DNA of 54,694 nt from Candidatus Saccharimonadales bacterium (GTDB lineage Bacteria; Patescibacteriota; Saccharimonadia; Saccharimonadales; Saccharimonadaceae), in assembly GCA_036405515.1 (NCBI GenBank), contig DASWXM010000040.1, forward strand, positions 1-54,694, read 5' to 3'. Position numbers and translations under genes: made by a program. Shown in pieces: positions 35,199 to 46,517 of the stretch (its first letter is position 1; each line of letters starts with the position of its first letter). Below the pieces are notes generated by a model. The model saw only the letters and a list, made by a program, of their open reading frames with translations. It searched no databases and was not told the DNA's origin.

Positions 35199-35507
35199 AT
35201 GAAAGCAGTCGTTAAAGTTGGCGGTAAGCAATATATCGTCCGCGAAAAAGAGACCCTCCTGGTGGACCGCCTCCCGGATGGAACAAAAGAGCTCGATCTC
35301 GACGTACTCATGCTTGTTGATGGTGAGAAATCTACTATTGGCACGCCACTCGTCAAAGGTGCGAAGCTCAAAGCCACAGTGGTAGAGGAAGAAGTCAAGG
35401 GTGACAAGATCCGTGTGATCCGCTACAAAGCAAAGAAGCGTGTACACAAGGAAAACGGACACCGCCAAAAGTACACTCGTATCGAAATCGGCAAGATTGC
35501 GAAATAA
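35199..35507 (+). CDS. rplU: 50S ribosomal protein L21
   Basis: MKAVVKVGGKQYIV....L.V......G; SD AAAGGAAG upstream. Confidence 0.93.
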   Translation: MKAVVKVGGKQYIVREKETLLVDRLPDGTKELDLDVLMLVDGEKSTIGTPLVKGAKLKATVVEEEVKGDKIRVIRYKAKKRVHKENGHRQKYTRIEIGKIAK

Positions 35508-35530
35508 GTTGCTCTAACAGAGATAAAAAA

Positions 35531-35554
35531 GGCTGCAGATATGCAGCCTTTTTT
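35531..35554 (+). terminator. intrinsic terminator after rplU
   Basis: GGCTGCA - GATA - TGCAGCC followed by TTTTTT. Confidence 0.85.
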
Positions 35555-35574
35555 GCTGCTCATGCTATACTTAT

Positions 35575-36366
35575 ATGCAGATGAGCGAGGGAAATAAACA
35601 GCCTATTGTGATCGCGGTCACAAATCAGAAGGGTGGCGTCGGTAAGACGACAACCGCTGTCAATGTTGCCTATTATCTTGCGAAGGCTGGCAAGAAAACA
35701 CTACTGATTGACTTTGACCCCCAGGGAAACGCCACGAGCGGACTTGGGATTGATAAGCAAAAGCTTGAAGACGGCACGATGAGCGAAGTGATGCTTGGGT
35801 CACGGCAGCTTGGGCATGTGATTGTCACCACCAGGCACAAGAACCTCTCGATTGCACCAGCGACGCCGCTTCTAGCAAATACAGAGGTGGAGATAGCCAA
35901 AGAGCAGCGACGATTTACACGATTGCGTGATGCGATCCGGTCAACTGATGATTATGACGTCATTCTGATTGACTGCCCGCCAAGCCTGAGTCTTTTGACG
36001 GTAAACGGGCTAATCGCGGCACGATATATACTGCTACCTGTGCAGGCGGAGTTTTATGCGCTTGAAGGCCTTGGGCAACTACTGGAGACAATGAAACTCA
36101 TCCGAAAGAACATGAACCCAACGCTTGATCTCGTCGGAGTCTTGCCGACTATGGTTGACTCACGCACTACGCTGAGTCAACAAGTGCATGAAGAAATCAA
36201 GAAACATTTTCCTGGCAAGGTATTTAAAACAGTGATTCCGCGTAATATTCGTCTTGCCGAGGCACCAAGCCACGGGGTGCCGGTAGGAAGTTATGATCGA
36301 TTCTCAAAGGGTGCTCGGGCATACAAGGCGCTCACGAAAGAGGTGATGGAAAGGATAGGATTATAG
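35575..36366 (+). CDS. parA: chromosome partitioning ATPase ParA/Soj
   Basis: Deviant Walker A NQKGGVGKTT. TGCTATACT lies immediately upstream. The second ATG at 35581 may be the true (leaderless) start. Confidence 0.92.
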   Translation: MQMSEGNKQPIVIAVTNQKGGVGKTTTAVNVAYYLAKAGKKTLLIDFDPQGNATSGLGIDKQKLEDGTMSEVMLGSRQLGHVIVTTRHKNLSIAPATPLLANTEVEIAKEQRRFTRLRDAIRSTDDYDVILIDCPPSLSLLTVNGLIAARYILLPVQAEFYALEGLGQLLETMKLIRKNMNPTLDLVGVLPTMVDSRTTLSQQVHEEIKKHFPGKVFKTVIPRNIRLAEAPSHGVPVGSYDRFSKGARAYKALTKEVMERIGL

Positions 36367-36368
36367 TC

Positions 36369-37238
36369 ATGGCGGCGAAAAAAGGACTTGGCCGAGGATT
36401 TGAGTCGTTGATTCCAACTGATCTGCTTGACGAGTCATTTGATCCAACGGCTGCAGATGATAAGACGGTCAGTGAGCTTAGGCATGTCAAACTGACAGAA
36501 ATCGACGGTGACAAAGAACAGCCAAGGAAGCATTTTGATGAGGTGGCGCTTGCGGAGCTCAGGGAATCAATCATGCAGCATGGCGTCTTGCAGCCTATTG
36601 TCGTAACACCTAAGCATGGAAGATATATTATCGTCGCTGGTGAGCGGCGTTTTCGTGCTAGTCAATCTGCAGGGCTGAAGACGATCCCAGCATTGGTGCG
36701 TACTCTTAGTGATCAGCACAAGCTCGAGCTCGCCTTGATTGAGAACATCCAACGGCGTGATCTTAATGCGCTTGAAACCGCGACAGCGTATGCAAAGTTA
36801 CGAGATCAATTTAATATGACGCTTGACCAAATCGGCAAGAGTGTCGGCGGTAAGTCGGTGAGCGCTGTCAGCAATACGTTGCGACTACTCAGACTTCCGA
36901 AGCTAGTCCAGAAAGCAGTTGTAGAAGGGGATATTACTGAGGGTCAGGCACGTCCGCTGGTTGATATGGATGAAAAACTAGCACTTGAACTGCTCCCGCA
37001 GATTATTCAGGAAGGAATGAGTGCTAGGAAGATTGAACTTCTTGCGCGCGGGGCTAAAGCCAAGAAAGCACCAGCGCTTAAAAAGAGCGACGAGCCATTT
37101 GGCAGAGAGCGAAAAGAGCTTGAGGACTATCTAAAGACAAACGTCCGTGTAACGACTACGAATCGTGGTGCGGGGCAGATTGTTATACGTTTCAAAGACG
37201 CCGAAGAGTTTGAGCGAATTCGTAAGACGCTATTGTAG
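36369..37238 (+). CDS. parB: chromosome partitioning protein ParB/Spo0J
   Basis: Motifs GERRFRAS and LIENIQRRDLNALE. Confidence 0.92.
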   Translation: MAAKKGLGRGFESLIPTDLLDESFDPTAADDKTVSELRHVKLTEIDGDKEQPRKHFDEVALAELRESIMQHGVLQPIVVTPKHGRYIIVAGERRFRASQSAGLKTIPALVRTLSDQHKLELALIENIQRRDLNALETATAYAKLRDQFNMTLDQIGKSVGGKSVSAVSNTLRLLRLPKLVQKAVVEGDITEGQARPLVDMDEKLALELLPQIIQEGMSARKIELLARGAKAKKAPALKKSDEPFGRERKELEDYLKTNVRVTTTNRGAGQIVIRFKDAEEFERIRKTLL

Positions 37239-37244
37239 ACGCTG

Positions 37245-37847
37245 CTAGAATCCACGGATCTGGTTGAATGGGAATATGCGAAGACTAACTGGTCCTATGA
37301 CGTCAAAAAGTGGGATAAATCCAAGGCCATTGCGTGAATCGAGTGAATTGTTTCCGTCGCGGTGGTCGCCACTGACAAACAATGTTCCGCTTGGAACAGT
37401 CCAGTCACCTTGACCGGTTGTTGGTGTGCGTGGCTCACCGTGATTCTCGTCATCGGGGTTAAAGCCTTGCGGATGCTTGTCATTATAGACGGTGTAATGT
37501 CCATCTTTCAGAACTACGCGTTCATCTTCAAATGCAATTACTCTTTTGACGATATATTCTTCGCGCTGAGTGCTCTCATCGAAATTGGGGTTCTTGAATA
37601 CAATAATCTGACCGCGTTCGGGTATGTAAGATTTATTCTGAATTTGAGTCCAAGTTACGGGTAGGCGACTAACAATAAGCCGGTCTCCACCATGCATAGT
37701 ATCTTCCATGCTACGTCCCTCGACGTTGAAACTGCGAAAAATGAAGGTATTGATGAATAATGTACCAATAATAACACACGTAACAAAGAATACGACGCCG
37801 AGTGCGTCTTTAAAGCCCTGATGGCGATCGAGAAAACGTGTTTGCAC
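37245..37847 (-). CDS. lepB: signal peptidase I
   Basis: Catalytic context GRSMEDTM, IVKRV and GDHRDGNNSLDSR. Confidence 0.9.
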   Translation of the reverse strand: MQTRFLDRHQGFKDALGVVFFVTCVIIGTLFINTFIFRSFNVEGRSMEDTMHGGDRLIVSRLPVTWTQIQNKSYIPERGQIIVFKNPNFDESTQREEYIVKRVIAFEDERVVLKDGHYTVYNDKHPQGFNPDDENHGEPRTPTTGQGDWTVPSGTLFVSGDHRDGNNSLDSRNGLGFIPLFDVIGPVSLRIFPFNQIRGF

Positions 37848-37918
37848 TAAACTATTGTACTACGAAGTGGGTGTTATGCACGAACGGTTTACATAATCAG
37901 AGCAATGCTTTTAATCTA

Positions 37919-39289
37919 CTAGAAAACATCAGTCATCGACTTTTGCTTTGAGTGTATAGTAACACCCATCGCTAGAGCGATTATTACCCAGATGTGGACG
38001 ATATTTGCATTACCTGAAAAGAAATTCATCTGTACCAGTAGTCCGACAATAAGTGAGAGGAGAAGCCATTGTCTTTGTCTTGTAAGATGCCATAAAAGCA
38101 GGGCGGTAAAAGTTATAAACAAGAGTGTACCAATGATGCCGGTTTCGGCGAGTAGTTCAAGGTAATAGTTATTGACGATTACACCTGGCTGTGACGGGTT
38201 AAGGCTTGTGCCGAAGCCACCAACACCTACGCCAAAAAGCGTTGTCTGAGGATTAGTCCGCCATGTATTGAATGCCATACTACTCATCGAGAGCCGAGAA
38301 TTAGTAGAGCTCGGTATGTATCCTGATGATCGAATCGCTTCTTTTGGCGCTGACGGAGTATTGACAGGCGAAGCAGATGGGTGGCTAAGATCGATCACTC
38401 CGAGTGTTAGTTGACTAATCGTCTTACTGACAGCCTTTTGTCCGCTAATAGTATCGGGACGCATCTCAGCGAATATAAAAGTGGTACTTAGTGAGACTAT
38501 GATAGATACCACGATTGTGAATGTTGTCCAACCAGCTACTGAGAGTGAGGGGCGACGAGCAAGTATCGTGAGCAGTACACAGCCGATAATTGATGCAATA
38601 AGCGCTCCTCGCGAAAGTGTGAGCGATAGTAAGAGTACGCTACTGCCGAGTATGAGATAGTGTGTTCTTCGGGGTGTTTTTTCGAGAATATGCCAAAGTG
38701 ACCATAGTAGAGGAAGTATTAGTAGATTGCCAAGAAATTGAGGTTCGAGCATAAAGGCTGTCGGACGGGCAATACCGAAAACTTCGCCAGAGTACATAGT
38801 GGGTAGGCCAGTAAGTGTGGGGGAGATAGTGAGTGCATCGGCGATAAGTTGCCAGAGCGCAAAGACACCGCTAAGGATAAATGCCCAGGCACTAAGCCTC
38901 GCAAGCAGCTTTGTCCTTTTTAGTAGGTCAGGAAGGCGTAGTGCGATAATTGAACAGAGCAGTAATAGCGAAGTCATAAATCCAGCGGTAATAATCGCCC
39001 TGATGTGATTGGGACTCCATATAGTACTGAGCCACAGATAAGCGGTAAAGCCAAGAAGGATTTTCCATACAGGCGATTGGACTAATAGAGGCAATGATAC
39101 CTTTAGAAATGGCAAATGTAACGCTATTACTGCCGCCATAAGCAAATAGAGCAGGCTTAAGTCTACATGGACTCCACTTACCGAACCCAAGACTACGACG
39201 GGAAGGTAGCCAAAGATAACGCTTGGAAGAAAGGTGACCAAACTCAGGAGCGGAAGCCGATTGTTCAGGGTATTAGAGCGCTTTTTCAT
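37919..39289 (-). CDS. O-antigen ligase/polymerase (Wzy_C) family membrane protein
   Basis: About 11 TM helices and an LTLSRGALIASIIG loop motif. Confidence 0.7.
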   Translation of the reverse strand: MKKRSNTLNNRLPLLSLVTFLPSVIFGYLPVVVLGSVSGVHVDLSLLYLLMAAVIALHLPFLKVSLPLLVQSPVWKILLGFTAYLWLSTIWSPNHIRAIITAGFMTSLLLLCSIIALRLPDLLKRTKLLARLSAWAFILSGVFALWQLIADALTISPTLTGLPTMYSGEVFGIARPTAFMLEPQFLGNLLILPLLWSLWHILEKTPRRTHYLILGSSVLLLSLTLSRGALIASIIGCVLLTILARRPSLSVAGWTTFTIVVSIIVSLSTTFIFAEMRPDTISGQKAVSKTISQLTLGVIDLSHPSASPVNTPSAPKEAIRSSGYIPSSTNSRLSMSSMAFNTWRTNPQTTLFGVGVGGFGTSLNPSQPGVIVNNYYLELLAETGIIGTLLFITFTALLLWHLTRQRQWLLLSLIVGLLVQMNFFSGNANIVHIWVIIALAMGVTIHSKQKSMTDVF

Positions 39290-39383
39290 TATTATGTACT
39301 ATTGTGCCTAGAGTATTTGAAAAATACAACACGCTCATGTTTTCTTCGTGTCGACCCTCCTGTATAGTAGATAAAAGTAATTT

Positions 39384-41021
39384 ATGCGAAAGAAGCCTTC
39401 GAGTATTGATGGATTTGTACCTCGTCATTCGGGACGCTCGATTGGTGATATCCATAAAACATCGCTTGGGGTATTCGACCGTCAGACAACTATTGATCAT
39501 GCTGGAGAGAGCCATCGACCGCTTGCTATGCCGAGTGAGCCCTTGCCTAAAGTTGATCGTTCTGTTTCCCGCAAAGAAATTGATGCGTCCCTAAAAGATA
39601 TCGAAGGTGAAGACGATCGGCCGAGAAGGCGTCGTGGCCTATTCCGTCGTAAGACTCGTGAACCTCAGGGCCGGCGACGGAAAATTGTTAAGCGAATTAT
39701 GATTGTGATTATTCTGATCGTATTGGTTGGGGTGGGCTACTTAGGCTATAGTTTCCTGAAAAACAGCATGAGCATCTTTAAGGGTAATGTGTTTGATATC
39801 TTCCAGAATCAGCCACTTAAAGAGGATGCCAACGGTCGTACTAATATTCTGATATACGGTACCTCGGGCAGCTTTAAGGATCAGCGGCATGAAGGGGCAA
39901 GTTTGACTGATACGTTGATGGTGCTGTCAATCAATCAGAAGAAGAAAAATGCGTTTATGTTTAATATTCCGCGAGACTTCTACGTCAACTATGATACGAC
40001 AAATTGTAGTGTAGGTTATCAGGGGAAAATCAATGCGATGCATTTCTGTTATACGGGCGGAGCAACCGATGAAGCATCCGACATAAAGGGCGCAAGAGCC
40101 TTGCAAAAGAAATTCAAAGAGATTACAGGACTTACTTTCCAGTATTATGCCCATATTAACTGGGCGGTAGTGACAAGCGCGGTCAACGCAGTCGGTGGAA
40201 TAGATGTCGATGTTAAGGGTAATGGGTCATGTGCATTATGGGGTATGCCTGAAGGTAGTATCGTTGATAATAATATGAAGATTCGATACACGCCGGGCAG
40301 GCATCATATGAACGGTGAGCAGGCGCTGAAGTTCTCACGTGCTCGTGGTGCGGCAGGAGCATGTGGCCTTGACCAGGGCGACTTTGATCGTCAGATGAAT
40401 CAGCAGAAGGTCTTAAAAGCTCTGCAGGAGAAGGCGATCAGCGCTGGCACGCTGACAAACCTAGGTAAGGTGACAGGGCTGATGGATGCTATGGGGCAGA
40501 ATCTCAGAACTAATTTTGAAATGAGTGAAGTACGCACGTTAATGTCACTTGGTAAAGATATTCCGTCAAGTAAAGTAACTTCAATTAATCTTGTAGACCA
40601 GGCTAATCCGCTTATTACATCGGGTAACATCCCTGGCGCGGGCAGTACGCAGGTACCACGGGCTGGTACGTATGAGTACTCGGAAATAAAAGCCTTTCTC
40701 AATAAAAAGCTCAATGCAAATGAAGTGAGTAGAGAAGATGCTCATGTTGCATTGTTTAACGCGAGTGGCGTAGAAGGCTTTGCATCCAAGCAATCAGAGC
40801 GACTCGGCAAACAAGGGTTTAATATAACCGCAGTGGATAATGCACCGGCTGGTAAATATAGCCAGGTTGAAGTCTATGATCTAACGAACAAGAATCCGGC
40901 AACAAAAAAGAAGCTGGCATCGATTTATAACACGAAAGTAATTGCAGATCGACCGTCAATTACTGTGACAGGCGATACGGATTTCATCGTAATATTCGGC
41001 AAAGCAACTTCAACCGATTAA
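39384..41021 (+). CDS. LCP (LytR-CpsA-Psr) family cell-wall glycopolymer transferase with LytR_C-like tail
   Basis: An N-terminal basic region and TM helix, then TNILIYGTS...SLTDTLMVLSIN...NIPRDFYV. Confidence 0.85.
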   Translation: MRKKPSSIDGFVPRHSGRSIGDIHKTSLGVFDRQTTIDHAGESHRPLAMPSEPLPKVDRSVSRKEIDASLKDIEGEDDRPRRRRGLFRRKTREPQGRRRKIVKRIMIVIILIVLVGVGYLGYSFLKNSMSIFKGNVFDIFQNQPLKEDANGRTNILIYGTSGSFKDQRHEGASLTDTLMVLSINQKKKNAFMFNIPRDFYVNYDTTNCSVGYQGKINAMHFCYTGGATDEASDIKGARALQKKFKEITGLTFQYYAHINWAVVTSAVNAVGGIDVDVKGNGSCALWGMPEGSIVDNNMKIRYTPGRHHMNGEQALKFSRARGAAGACGLDQGDFDRQMNQQKVLKALQEKAISAGTLTNLGKVTGLMDAMGQNLRTNFEMSEVRTLMSLGKDIPSSKVTSINLVDQANPLITSGNIPGAGSTQVPRAGTYEYSEIKAFLNKKLNANEVSREDAHVALFNASGVEGFASKQSERLGKQGFNITAVDNAPAGKYSQVEVYDLTNKNPATKKKLASIYNTKVIADRPSITVTGDTDFIVIFGKATSTD

Positions 41022-41050
41022 CAGCAACAGGGTGATATAATAGACCATAT

Positions 41051-41824
41051 ATGGAGTTTCTACGTCCGTCGCGTCATCGTACGCTTGTGAGTGAAATTAT
41101 TTACGTGCTCTTGAATGTACTCATGGCACTTGCTCTTTTTGGTATTGCGGTCTCAGGTCTTGGTATAGCACCGGCACTTGGACTGGTGCTCCTTAGTAAG
41201 TGGCGCATTTTTGCAGTCCGCGCGCAGCACTGGTATGCCAATTTAGTTTCGAACATGGTTGATGTTATTGTCAGTGTGAGTTTTGTTGTGATGCTCTATC
41301 TCGCTACCGGTGCGTTAATAGTGCAACTCGTCCTTACGGCGCTGTATATTGCATGGCTTCTTTTCCTTAAGCCGCAGTCAAAGCGAAAATGGGTCGTAGC
41401 ACAAGCGGGGGTTGGACTGTTTGTTGGAGTGACGGCGCTCATGCATGTATCGTATGATTGGTGGGCAACCCCGGTCGTGATTTTGATGTGGGTGATTGGC
41501 TACACAACAGGCCGACATGTACTTGTTGCCTATAAGGAGCCACACTTTGCTTTATTGAGCCTTATTTGGGGCCTTGTTGTTGCTGAGTTGGGATGGCTAT
41601 TTTATCACTGGAACTTTGCTTATGAGCTGTCGTTCGCTGCAGGATTACATTTATCGCAAGCGGCAATTATTGTCAGTATGTTTGGGCTGCTCGTTGAGCG
41701 CACATATGTTAGTATCCGTCGGCACGGCACAGCGCAGTTTAACGAGATTCTATTGCCTGGACTTTTGGCGGTGAGTAGCATAGTAGTGTTATTGACAGTA
41801 TTTAGTAGTACGGGAGGGGTATAG
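41051..41824 (+). CDS. polytopic membrane protein, unknown function
   Basis: Seven or so hydrophobic helices. TGATATAAT lies 9 nt upstream of the ATG. Confidence 0.6.
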   Translation: MEFLRPSRHRTLVSEIIYVLLNVLMALALFGIAVSGLGIAPALGLVLLSKWRIFAVRAQHWYANLVSNMVDVIVSVSFVVMLYLATGALIVQLVLTALYIAWLLFLKPQSKRKWVVAQAGVGLFVGVTALMHVSYDWWATPVVILMWVIGYTTGRHVLVAYKEPHFALLSLIWGLVVAELGWLFYHWNFAYELSFAAGLHLSQAAIIVSMFGLLVERTYVSIRRHGTAQFNEILLPGLLAVSSIVVLLTVFSSTGGV

Positions 41825-41827
41825 TAA

Positions 41828-42985
41828 ATGGATCAACAGACAACATCAACACAACAGGACGATATAGCCACCAAAAAGGCAGCGCCATCACGCGCACCAT
41901 TTATTACGGCTATTGCTGTTATAGGTGTGATAGCATCGGCCGGTGCCGGATATGTGGGCGGACTCATGGCGCCGAGCACTTCTAACGGGTCTATCGTGAA
42001 TTTTGATGAAGTTAAGGGAGATGGTAACGCTGTTGTTACTGAAAGTGAACAGGACCTTTCAACACTAATCACGAAAGTATCACCAGGGGTTGTCTCGATC
42101 ATTACTTCTTCTTTGGCAAGAGATGCCTCGGGTTATACGTATCAAGCGGCTGGCACAGGTATGGTTGTAACTAAAGACGGGTATGTGATGACAAACAAGC
42201 ATGTCGTCAGTGGGGCCACACGTGCGACGATTATTATGTCTGACGGTACCTCGTATAAGGGTGTGCCTATTGTTGGTCGTGACCCACTCAATGATATTGC
42301 CTTTTTGAAAATACCAGACGTAGACAACCTTACTCCACTACAATTTGGCGATTCTAAGACAGTACGTACTGGTCAGAGTGTTATTGCAATCGGTAATGCA
42401 CTTGGTCAGTATCAGAACACAGTAACAACCGGAATTATTTCTGGATTGGGCCGTCCGGTGACAGCAAGTAGCGATGGGTCTTCTGATGAGGCCGAGAGTC
42501 TTACCGATTTACTGCAAACAGACACAGCTATCAATCAAGGTAATTCCGGAGGTCCACTCCTGAATGTAAAGGGACAGGTGGTTGGCATGAATACGGCCAT
42601 TGCGGCCGATGCGCAAGGTATCGGATTTGCGATTCCAATCGGTGCAGCAAAGGGCATGTTGAAGCATTTAATCGCGACCGGTAAAGTCGAACGAGCAATC
42701 ATTGGGGTTCAGTACCTCTCAATCAATCCGGAAGTAAAGAGCAGGTATAACCTTTCGGTTAATCAAGGTGATCTTGTGACTGGACTATCAGGCGCGAGTA
42801 CTCCGGCGGCAAATGCAGGTGTCAAGAAGGACGACATCATCACAAAGGTAAATGGCCAGGCTGTTGGGGCAGGAAAAAGCGTTTCCACTCTTGTGGGTGA
42901 GTTCCAGCCGGGGGATAAGGTTGAGCTAACAATTTTACGCGATGGGCAGACAAGGCAAGTACAGCTGACGCTCGGAGCATATTAG
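41828..42985 (+). CDS. htrA: HtrA/DegP-type serine protease with PDZ domain
   Basis: Motifs TNKHV, DIAFLKI and GNSGGPLLN, with a C-terminal PDZ domain. Confidence 0.9.
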   Translation: MDQQTTSTQQDDIATKKAAPSRAPFITAIAVIGVIASAGAGYVGGLMAPSTSNGSIVNFDEVKGDGNAVVTESEQDLSTLITKVSPGVVSIITSSLARDASGYTYQAAGTGMVVTKDGYVMTNKHVVSGATRATIIMSDGTSYKGVPIVGRDPLNDIAFLKIPDVDNLTPLQFGDSKTVRTGQSVIAIGNALGQYQNTVTTGIISGLGRPVTASSDGSSDEAESLTDLLQTDTAINQGNSGGPLLNVKGQVVGMNTAIAADAQGIGFAIPIGAAKGMLKHLIATGKVERAIIGVQYLSINPEVKSRYNLSVNQGDLVTGLSGASTPAANAGVKKDDIITKVNGQAVGAGKSVSTLVGEFQPGDKVELTILRDGQTRQVQLTLGAY

Positions 42986-43812
42986 AGTTTATTGAAACTG
43001 TAGGCAAAATTGCCAGCATGCGTCACGACGAATCCGTGGCGTTTTGCTACGGCAATAATTGACTCCCATTGTCTTGGGTCCGCCTCGAATATTGCGATAC
43101 CGCCCTTCTTCATTCTATGAGAAAGCTCTTCAAAGCATGACTCAATAATTTGTAAGCCCCGCTTAGTGGCGTAGAGTGCCTCGGGCGGTTCATAACGTAG
43201 CTCTGGCGAGTTGGTATCCCAAGCTTCGTCAACATATGGCAGGTTTGCTAAAACAATGTCAGGTGAGTAAGGATATGCCTGTAAGAGATCGGATCGTAAC
43301 AGTGCTATATCGGCACCGAATGCAGAGGCGTTTTTCTCTGCGATTTTTAGTGCAGCGTTACTGATATCGAGGAGCGTGACGTCAAGCTCTGGATAAAGAA
43401 GCTTCGCGGTAATACCAAGGCAACCACTACCGGCGCCAATATCGACAAGGCGTCGAGATTCAAGGGTAGGGAAGCTCTTGGTTGAGCCAAGTAACTCACG
43501 AAGTATTGTAATCATTTCTTCTGATTCGGGTCGTGGTATGAGGGTGGCGGGACTAACCTGGAAAAGACGGCCATAGAACTCCTTGTGGCCAACAATATAC
43601 GCGATAGGTGTGCGCTCGGTACGAAGGTCAAGCCTGGCATTGGCAATCTCCTCAAGTCGGGGCTCAATTTCATCAGCGATATGCGCATGTACATAGGTGC
43701 GAGGTTTCTTTATCGTGTGGGCAAGGATAATCTCGGCATCAAGTCGCGGGGAAGAAATCCCCGCATCAACAAGCTGTTTTGTCGCATCTGAAAGCCATCC
43801 ACCGATAGTCAT
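42982..43812 (-). CDS. prmC: peptide chain release factor N5-glutamine methyltransferase
   Basis: SAM motif DIGAGSGCLGI and the substrate motif NLPYV, a variant of NPPY. Confidence 0.88.
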   Translation of the reverse strand: MTIGGWLSDATKQLVDAGISSPRLDAEIILAHTIKKPRTYVHAHIADEIEPRLEEIANARLDLRTERTPIAYIVGHKEFYGRLFQVSPATLIPRPESEEMITILRELLGSTKSFPTLESRRLVDIGAGSGCLGITAKLLYPELDVTLLDISNAALKIAEKNASAFGADIALLRSDLLQAYPYSPDIVLANLPYVDEAWDTNSPELRYEPPEALYATKRGLQIIESCFEELSHRMKKGGIAIFEADPRQWESIIAVAKRHGFVVTHAGNFAYSFNKL

Positions 43813-43850
43813 ATTTTCATTATCTCATTTCTTGCACAATATGCAAAATA

Positions 43851-43879
43851 TTGACAAATAAGCTTAAGTGTGATACGAT
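43851..43879 (+). promoter_or_regulatory. promoter directing a probably leaderless transcript
   Basis: TTGACA 43851-43856, a 17-nt spacer with TGA, then TACGAT 43874-43879. The ATG at 43887 lies 7 nt downstream. Confidence 0.5.
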
Positions 43880-43886
43880 AAAGAAT

Positions 43887-44378
43887 ATGAAAAATGTATA
43901 TGATTCACTTCGTAGTCCAAGGAATCGAAACAAGTTAATTCCACCTGCTATTGTAGCCAGTGTTGTGGGTGGTGTTGCTCTTGCGGCCATTGCAAGTCCA
44001 GATAGCCCAGAAAAGGCTCCGTATGTCGAGGTTTCTGCGTCTGCCCATGGCGAGGATGTGATTGGTCGCTCTGAATCTGGCTGGATCGAGGGTGCTGCGA
44101 CTCGTGCGGTTGAAGAAGCTTTGGAAAAAGGAATAGCAAAGGTGCTCGCAGAGTCAGGTATTGATGGCGGCGCTAGTAGTGTACAGGCAATCATGAAAGA
44201 TTTACCGACGTATACTAAAGTTGGTGATGCTATTGAAAAAGCTGGAGATGATAAAGATTTTATACCAGATTCAGGAGATAAGTTTGCCGTCGATCTTGAA
44301 GTAACCGCAGCTGGGAAAGATATTTCGTACGAAGTTACTGACGCATATATTGTTGACCTGCCTAATAACCAACAGTAG
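43887..44378 (+). CDS. N-terminally anchored hypothetical protein
   Basis: The anchor is IPPAIVASVVGGVALAAIA. The ORF-track TTG start at 43851 coincides with the -35 box. Confidence 0.55.
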   Translation: MKNVYDSLRSPRNRNKLIPPAIVASVVGGVALAAIASPDSPEKAPYVEVSASAHGEDVIGRSESGWIEGAATRAVEEALEKGIAKVLAESGIDGGASSVQAIMKDLPTYTKVGDAIEKAGDDKDFIPDSGDKFAVDLEVTAAGKDISYEVTDAYIVDLPNNQQ

Positions 44379-44423
44379 CCGACTGCCACTGTCTCGTGCA
44401 ACTGCGTGCTATACTAACACTAT

Positions 44424-46514
44424 ATGAAAACGCGTAAGCATCTTGGTTATGAGTATTGGTTTGAGCTCTATCTCATGCAAGATACGTACGATACTGCGAC
44501 GTGGAGTAAGACCCTATTCTCTATATCACAGTATATCGGCTTCTTAAAAAGCTGGCTTCTGATCGTCCATATCAAGGACAATACTGTGCAATTCTTTGTC
44601 GGTTCTAACAAGGATATTAGTGGACTATCTAGTAATCTTGATGCTATGGTGCTGCGTCCTATCGATCCATCCTTGGTCTCCCCGCCGTCTCGTTTTAGTA
44701 ATGAACGACTTGTTCAGCTGCCTACTGATGGAAGTGTACTTGATCTCAGAGAGAAATATCAGGTTAAACGTGGGAAGACACTTGAGTGGGCATCATTTAA
44801 GATTCGTACTATTAATGTTGAGAAAGCGCTTACCGAAGCGCAATTTTGCTTCAAAGATGCAGGCGGAACATATAGTCTCGCGCGTAAGCGATTATTTGTA
44901 TTGCCTTCGCAGTTACTCGCGATTGACTTCCTGAATAATACAAAGTATCTGCGCAAGAAACAACCACAATATCTTGATATTCAGAAATCATTACACATTA
45001 TGCGTAGCGATGACCTAGGTGCGGTATTTGAAGTCGATACGTTTCCGTACCTGCCAAAGAATTACTACTTACCGCTTGAGAGTTATGATTTTGATAAGCA
45101 CTCATTCATCATCGGCGCCAGCGGTAGTGGTAAGTCAAAATTAATTGGACTTCTGACTCATAAACTACTCTCTAATGGCATGAATCGACAGAAGTATCGT
45201 GTCGTTGTGATTGATCCGCATGCATCGCTTGAAGAAGATCTTGGCGGTATAGAGGGTAGCAATGTGATACGCTTCAAAGGTCAGGATGATGGTGCTGAGC
45301 TGTTTGCAGGCGCGGGGACGGATGTGTCGGCAGCGACCGAGCTTACTGGTACACTTTTTAAGTCACTTCTAGCTGATCAGCATAATCCGAAACTTGAACG
45401 GTTGCTGCGGTTTAGCCTATATGTCTTGATGACAGCACAAGTAATGAGTCTTGATAACCTGAAGCGATTTTTGACCGATATTGAATACCGCAATCAGTTG
45501 CTTGAGCATGTAAAAGGATTTGTACCCGAGAATATTATTAAGTTTTTCGGTCCTGACTTTAACGAAATGCGAACCAAGTATTACAACGAGGCAATTTCGC
45601 CTGTCGTTTCTCTTGTTGATGAGATGCAGCTCCAGCCGTCGCTTGGCACTGCAAATGACAACGCAGCTTCACTCGGCAAGCTAATCAGTGCAAATCCACT
45701 GACGGTATTTTCTCTTAATAAGGTAAGTATGGGCGAGAAGGTAGTGAAAACAGTTGCTGGACTTCTTATTCAGCAGATTTTCTTACTTGCACAAGCAAGA
45801 AGTTTCAATGAGAAAGTTATTCTTATTATTGACGAGGTCTCGGTAGTTCAAAATCCGGCACTTGCGCAGATACTTGCGGAAGCGCGCAAGTATAATCTTT
45901 TTGTGTTCTTAACGCAGCAATATTTTGGTCAAATTGAAAAGCCGCTTCAGGAAGCGATTTTTACCAATGTAGCGAATTATTACGTCTTCCGTGTTTCAGA
46001 GGAAGATGCTCGCGCGCTTGAGGGTAATCTCACAATTGAGTTACCAAAAGAGTCGCTACTTGAGGAAAAGGAGATTGGTAATAAAGAAAATGAGCTTCGC
46101 GTACGGATACTGACATCACTCAATAGTAGGGAATGTTTGTTGCGCCTTACGGTTGATGGGCAGATATTGCCTGGTATTAAGGCGAAGACTATGGAGTTTA
46201 AAGGCACGTCAGCGATACGTAATATTGAACTAAAAGAATACAAGACAAATGACCTACCTTCGAAATTCCAAGAGAATATACAGGCTCATAATTCCTTTGC
46301 CACGCCAGCACCAAAGACAGATCAGCAGTCTAATGTAGCGATTGAGAAGATTTCTATGGCTGACTTTTTGGCGGGAAAATTACCTACTGATCTTACTCCT
46401 GACATTAAGGCATCTAGTTCAGGGCAAGTTAAAACATCTCGTACGCCATCGCTTGCTGATTTTCTGGCAGCGCAAAGTTTAACGCTCGATACTAAAGAAG
46501 AAAGGAAAAAGTAG
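44424..46514 (+). CDS. FtsK/HerA/VirD4-superfamily P-loop ATPase (T4SS coupling-protein-like, no TM domain)
   Basis: Walker A GASGSGKS, Walker B ILIIDEVS, and an [13 protein letters not shown] arginine-finger region. TGCTATACT lies 8 nt upstream of the ATG. Confidence 0.75.
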   Translation: MKTRKHLGYEYWFELYLMQDTYDTATWSKTLFSISQYIGFLKSWLLIVHIKDNTVQFFVGSNKDISGLSSNLDAMVLRPIDPSLVSPPSRFSNERLVQLPTDGSVLDLREKYQVKRGKTLEWASFKIRTINVEKALTEAQFCFKDAGGTYSLARKRLFVLPSQLLAIDFLNNTKYLRKKQPQYLDIQKSLHIMRSDDLGAVFEVDTFPYLPKNYYLPLESYDFDKHSFIIGASGSGKSKLIGLLTHKLLSNGMNRQKYRVVVIDPHASLEEDLGGIEGSNVIRFKGQDDGAELFAGAGTDVSAATELTGTLFKSLLADQHNPKLERLLRFSLYVLMTAQVMSLDNLKRFLTDIEYRNQLLEHVKGFVPENIIKFFGPDFNEMRTKYYNEAISPVVSLVDEMQLQPSLGTANDNAASLGKLISANPLTVFSLNKVSMGEKVVKTVAGLLIQQIFLLAQARSFNEKVILIIDEVSVVQNPALAQILAEARKYNLFVFLTQQYFGQIEKPLQEAIFTNVANYYVFRVSEEDARALEGNLTIELPKESLLEEKEIGNKENELRVRILTSLNSRECLLRLTVDGQILPGIKAKTMEFKGTSAIRNIELKEYKTNDLPSKFQENIQAHNSFATPAPKTDQQSNVAIEKISMADFLAGKLPTDLTPDIKASSSGQVKTSRTPSLADFLAAQSLTLDTKEERKK

Positions 46515-46517
46515 ACT

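Noticed and set aside
43851-43886. The ORF-track TTG start at 43851 for the 175-aa protein.
   Set aside because: TTGACA at 43851-43856 is better explained as a -35 box, with a 17-nt spacer to TACGAT. The ATG at 43887 sits at the predicted transcription start.
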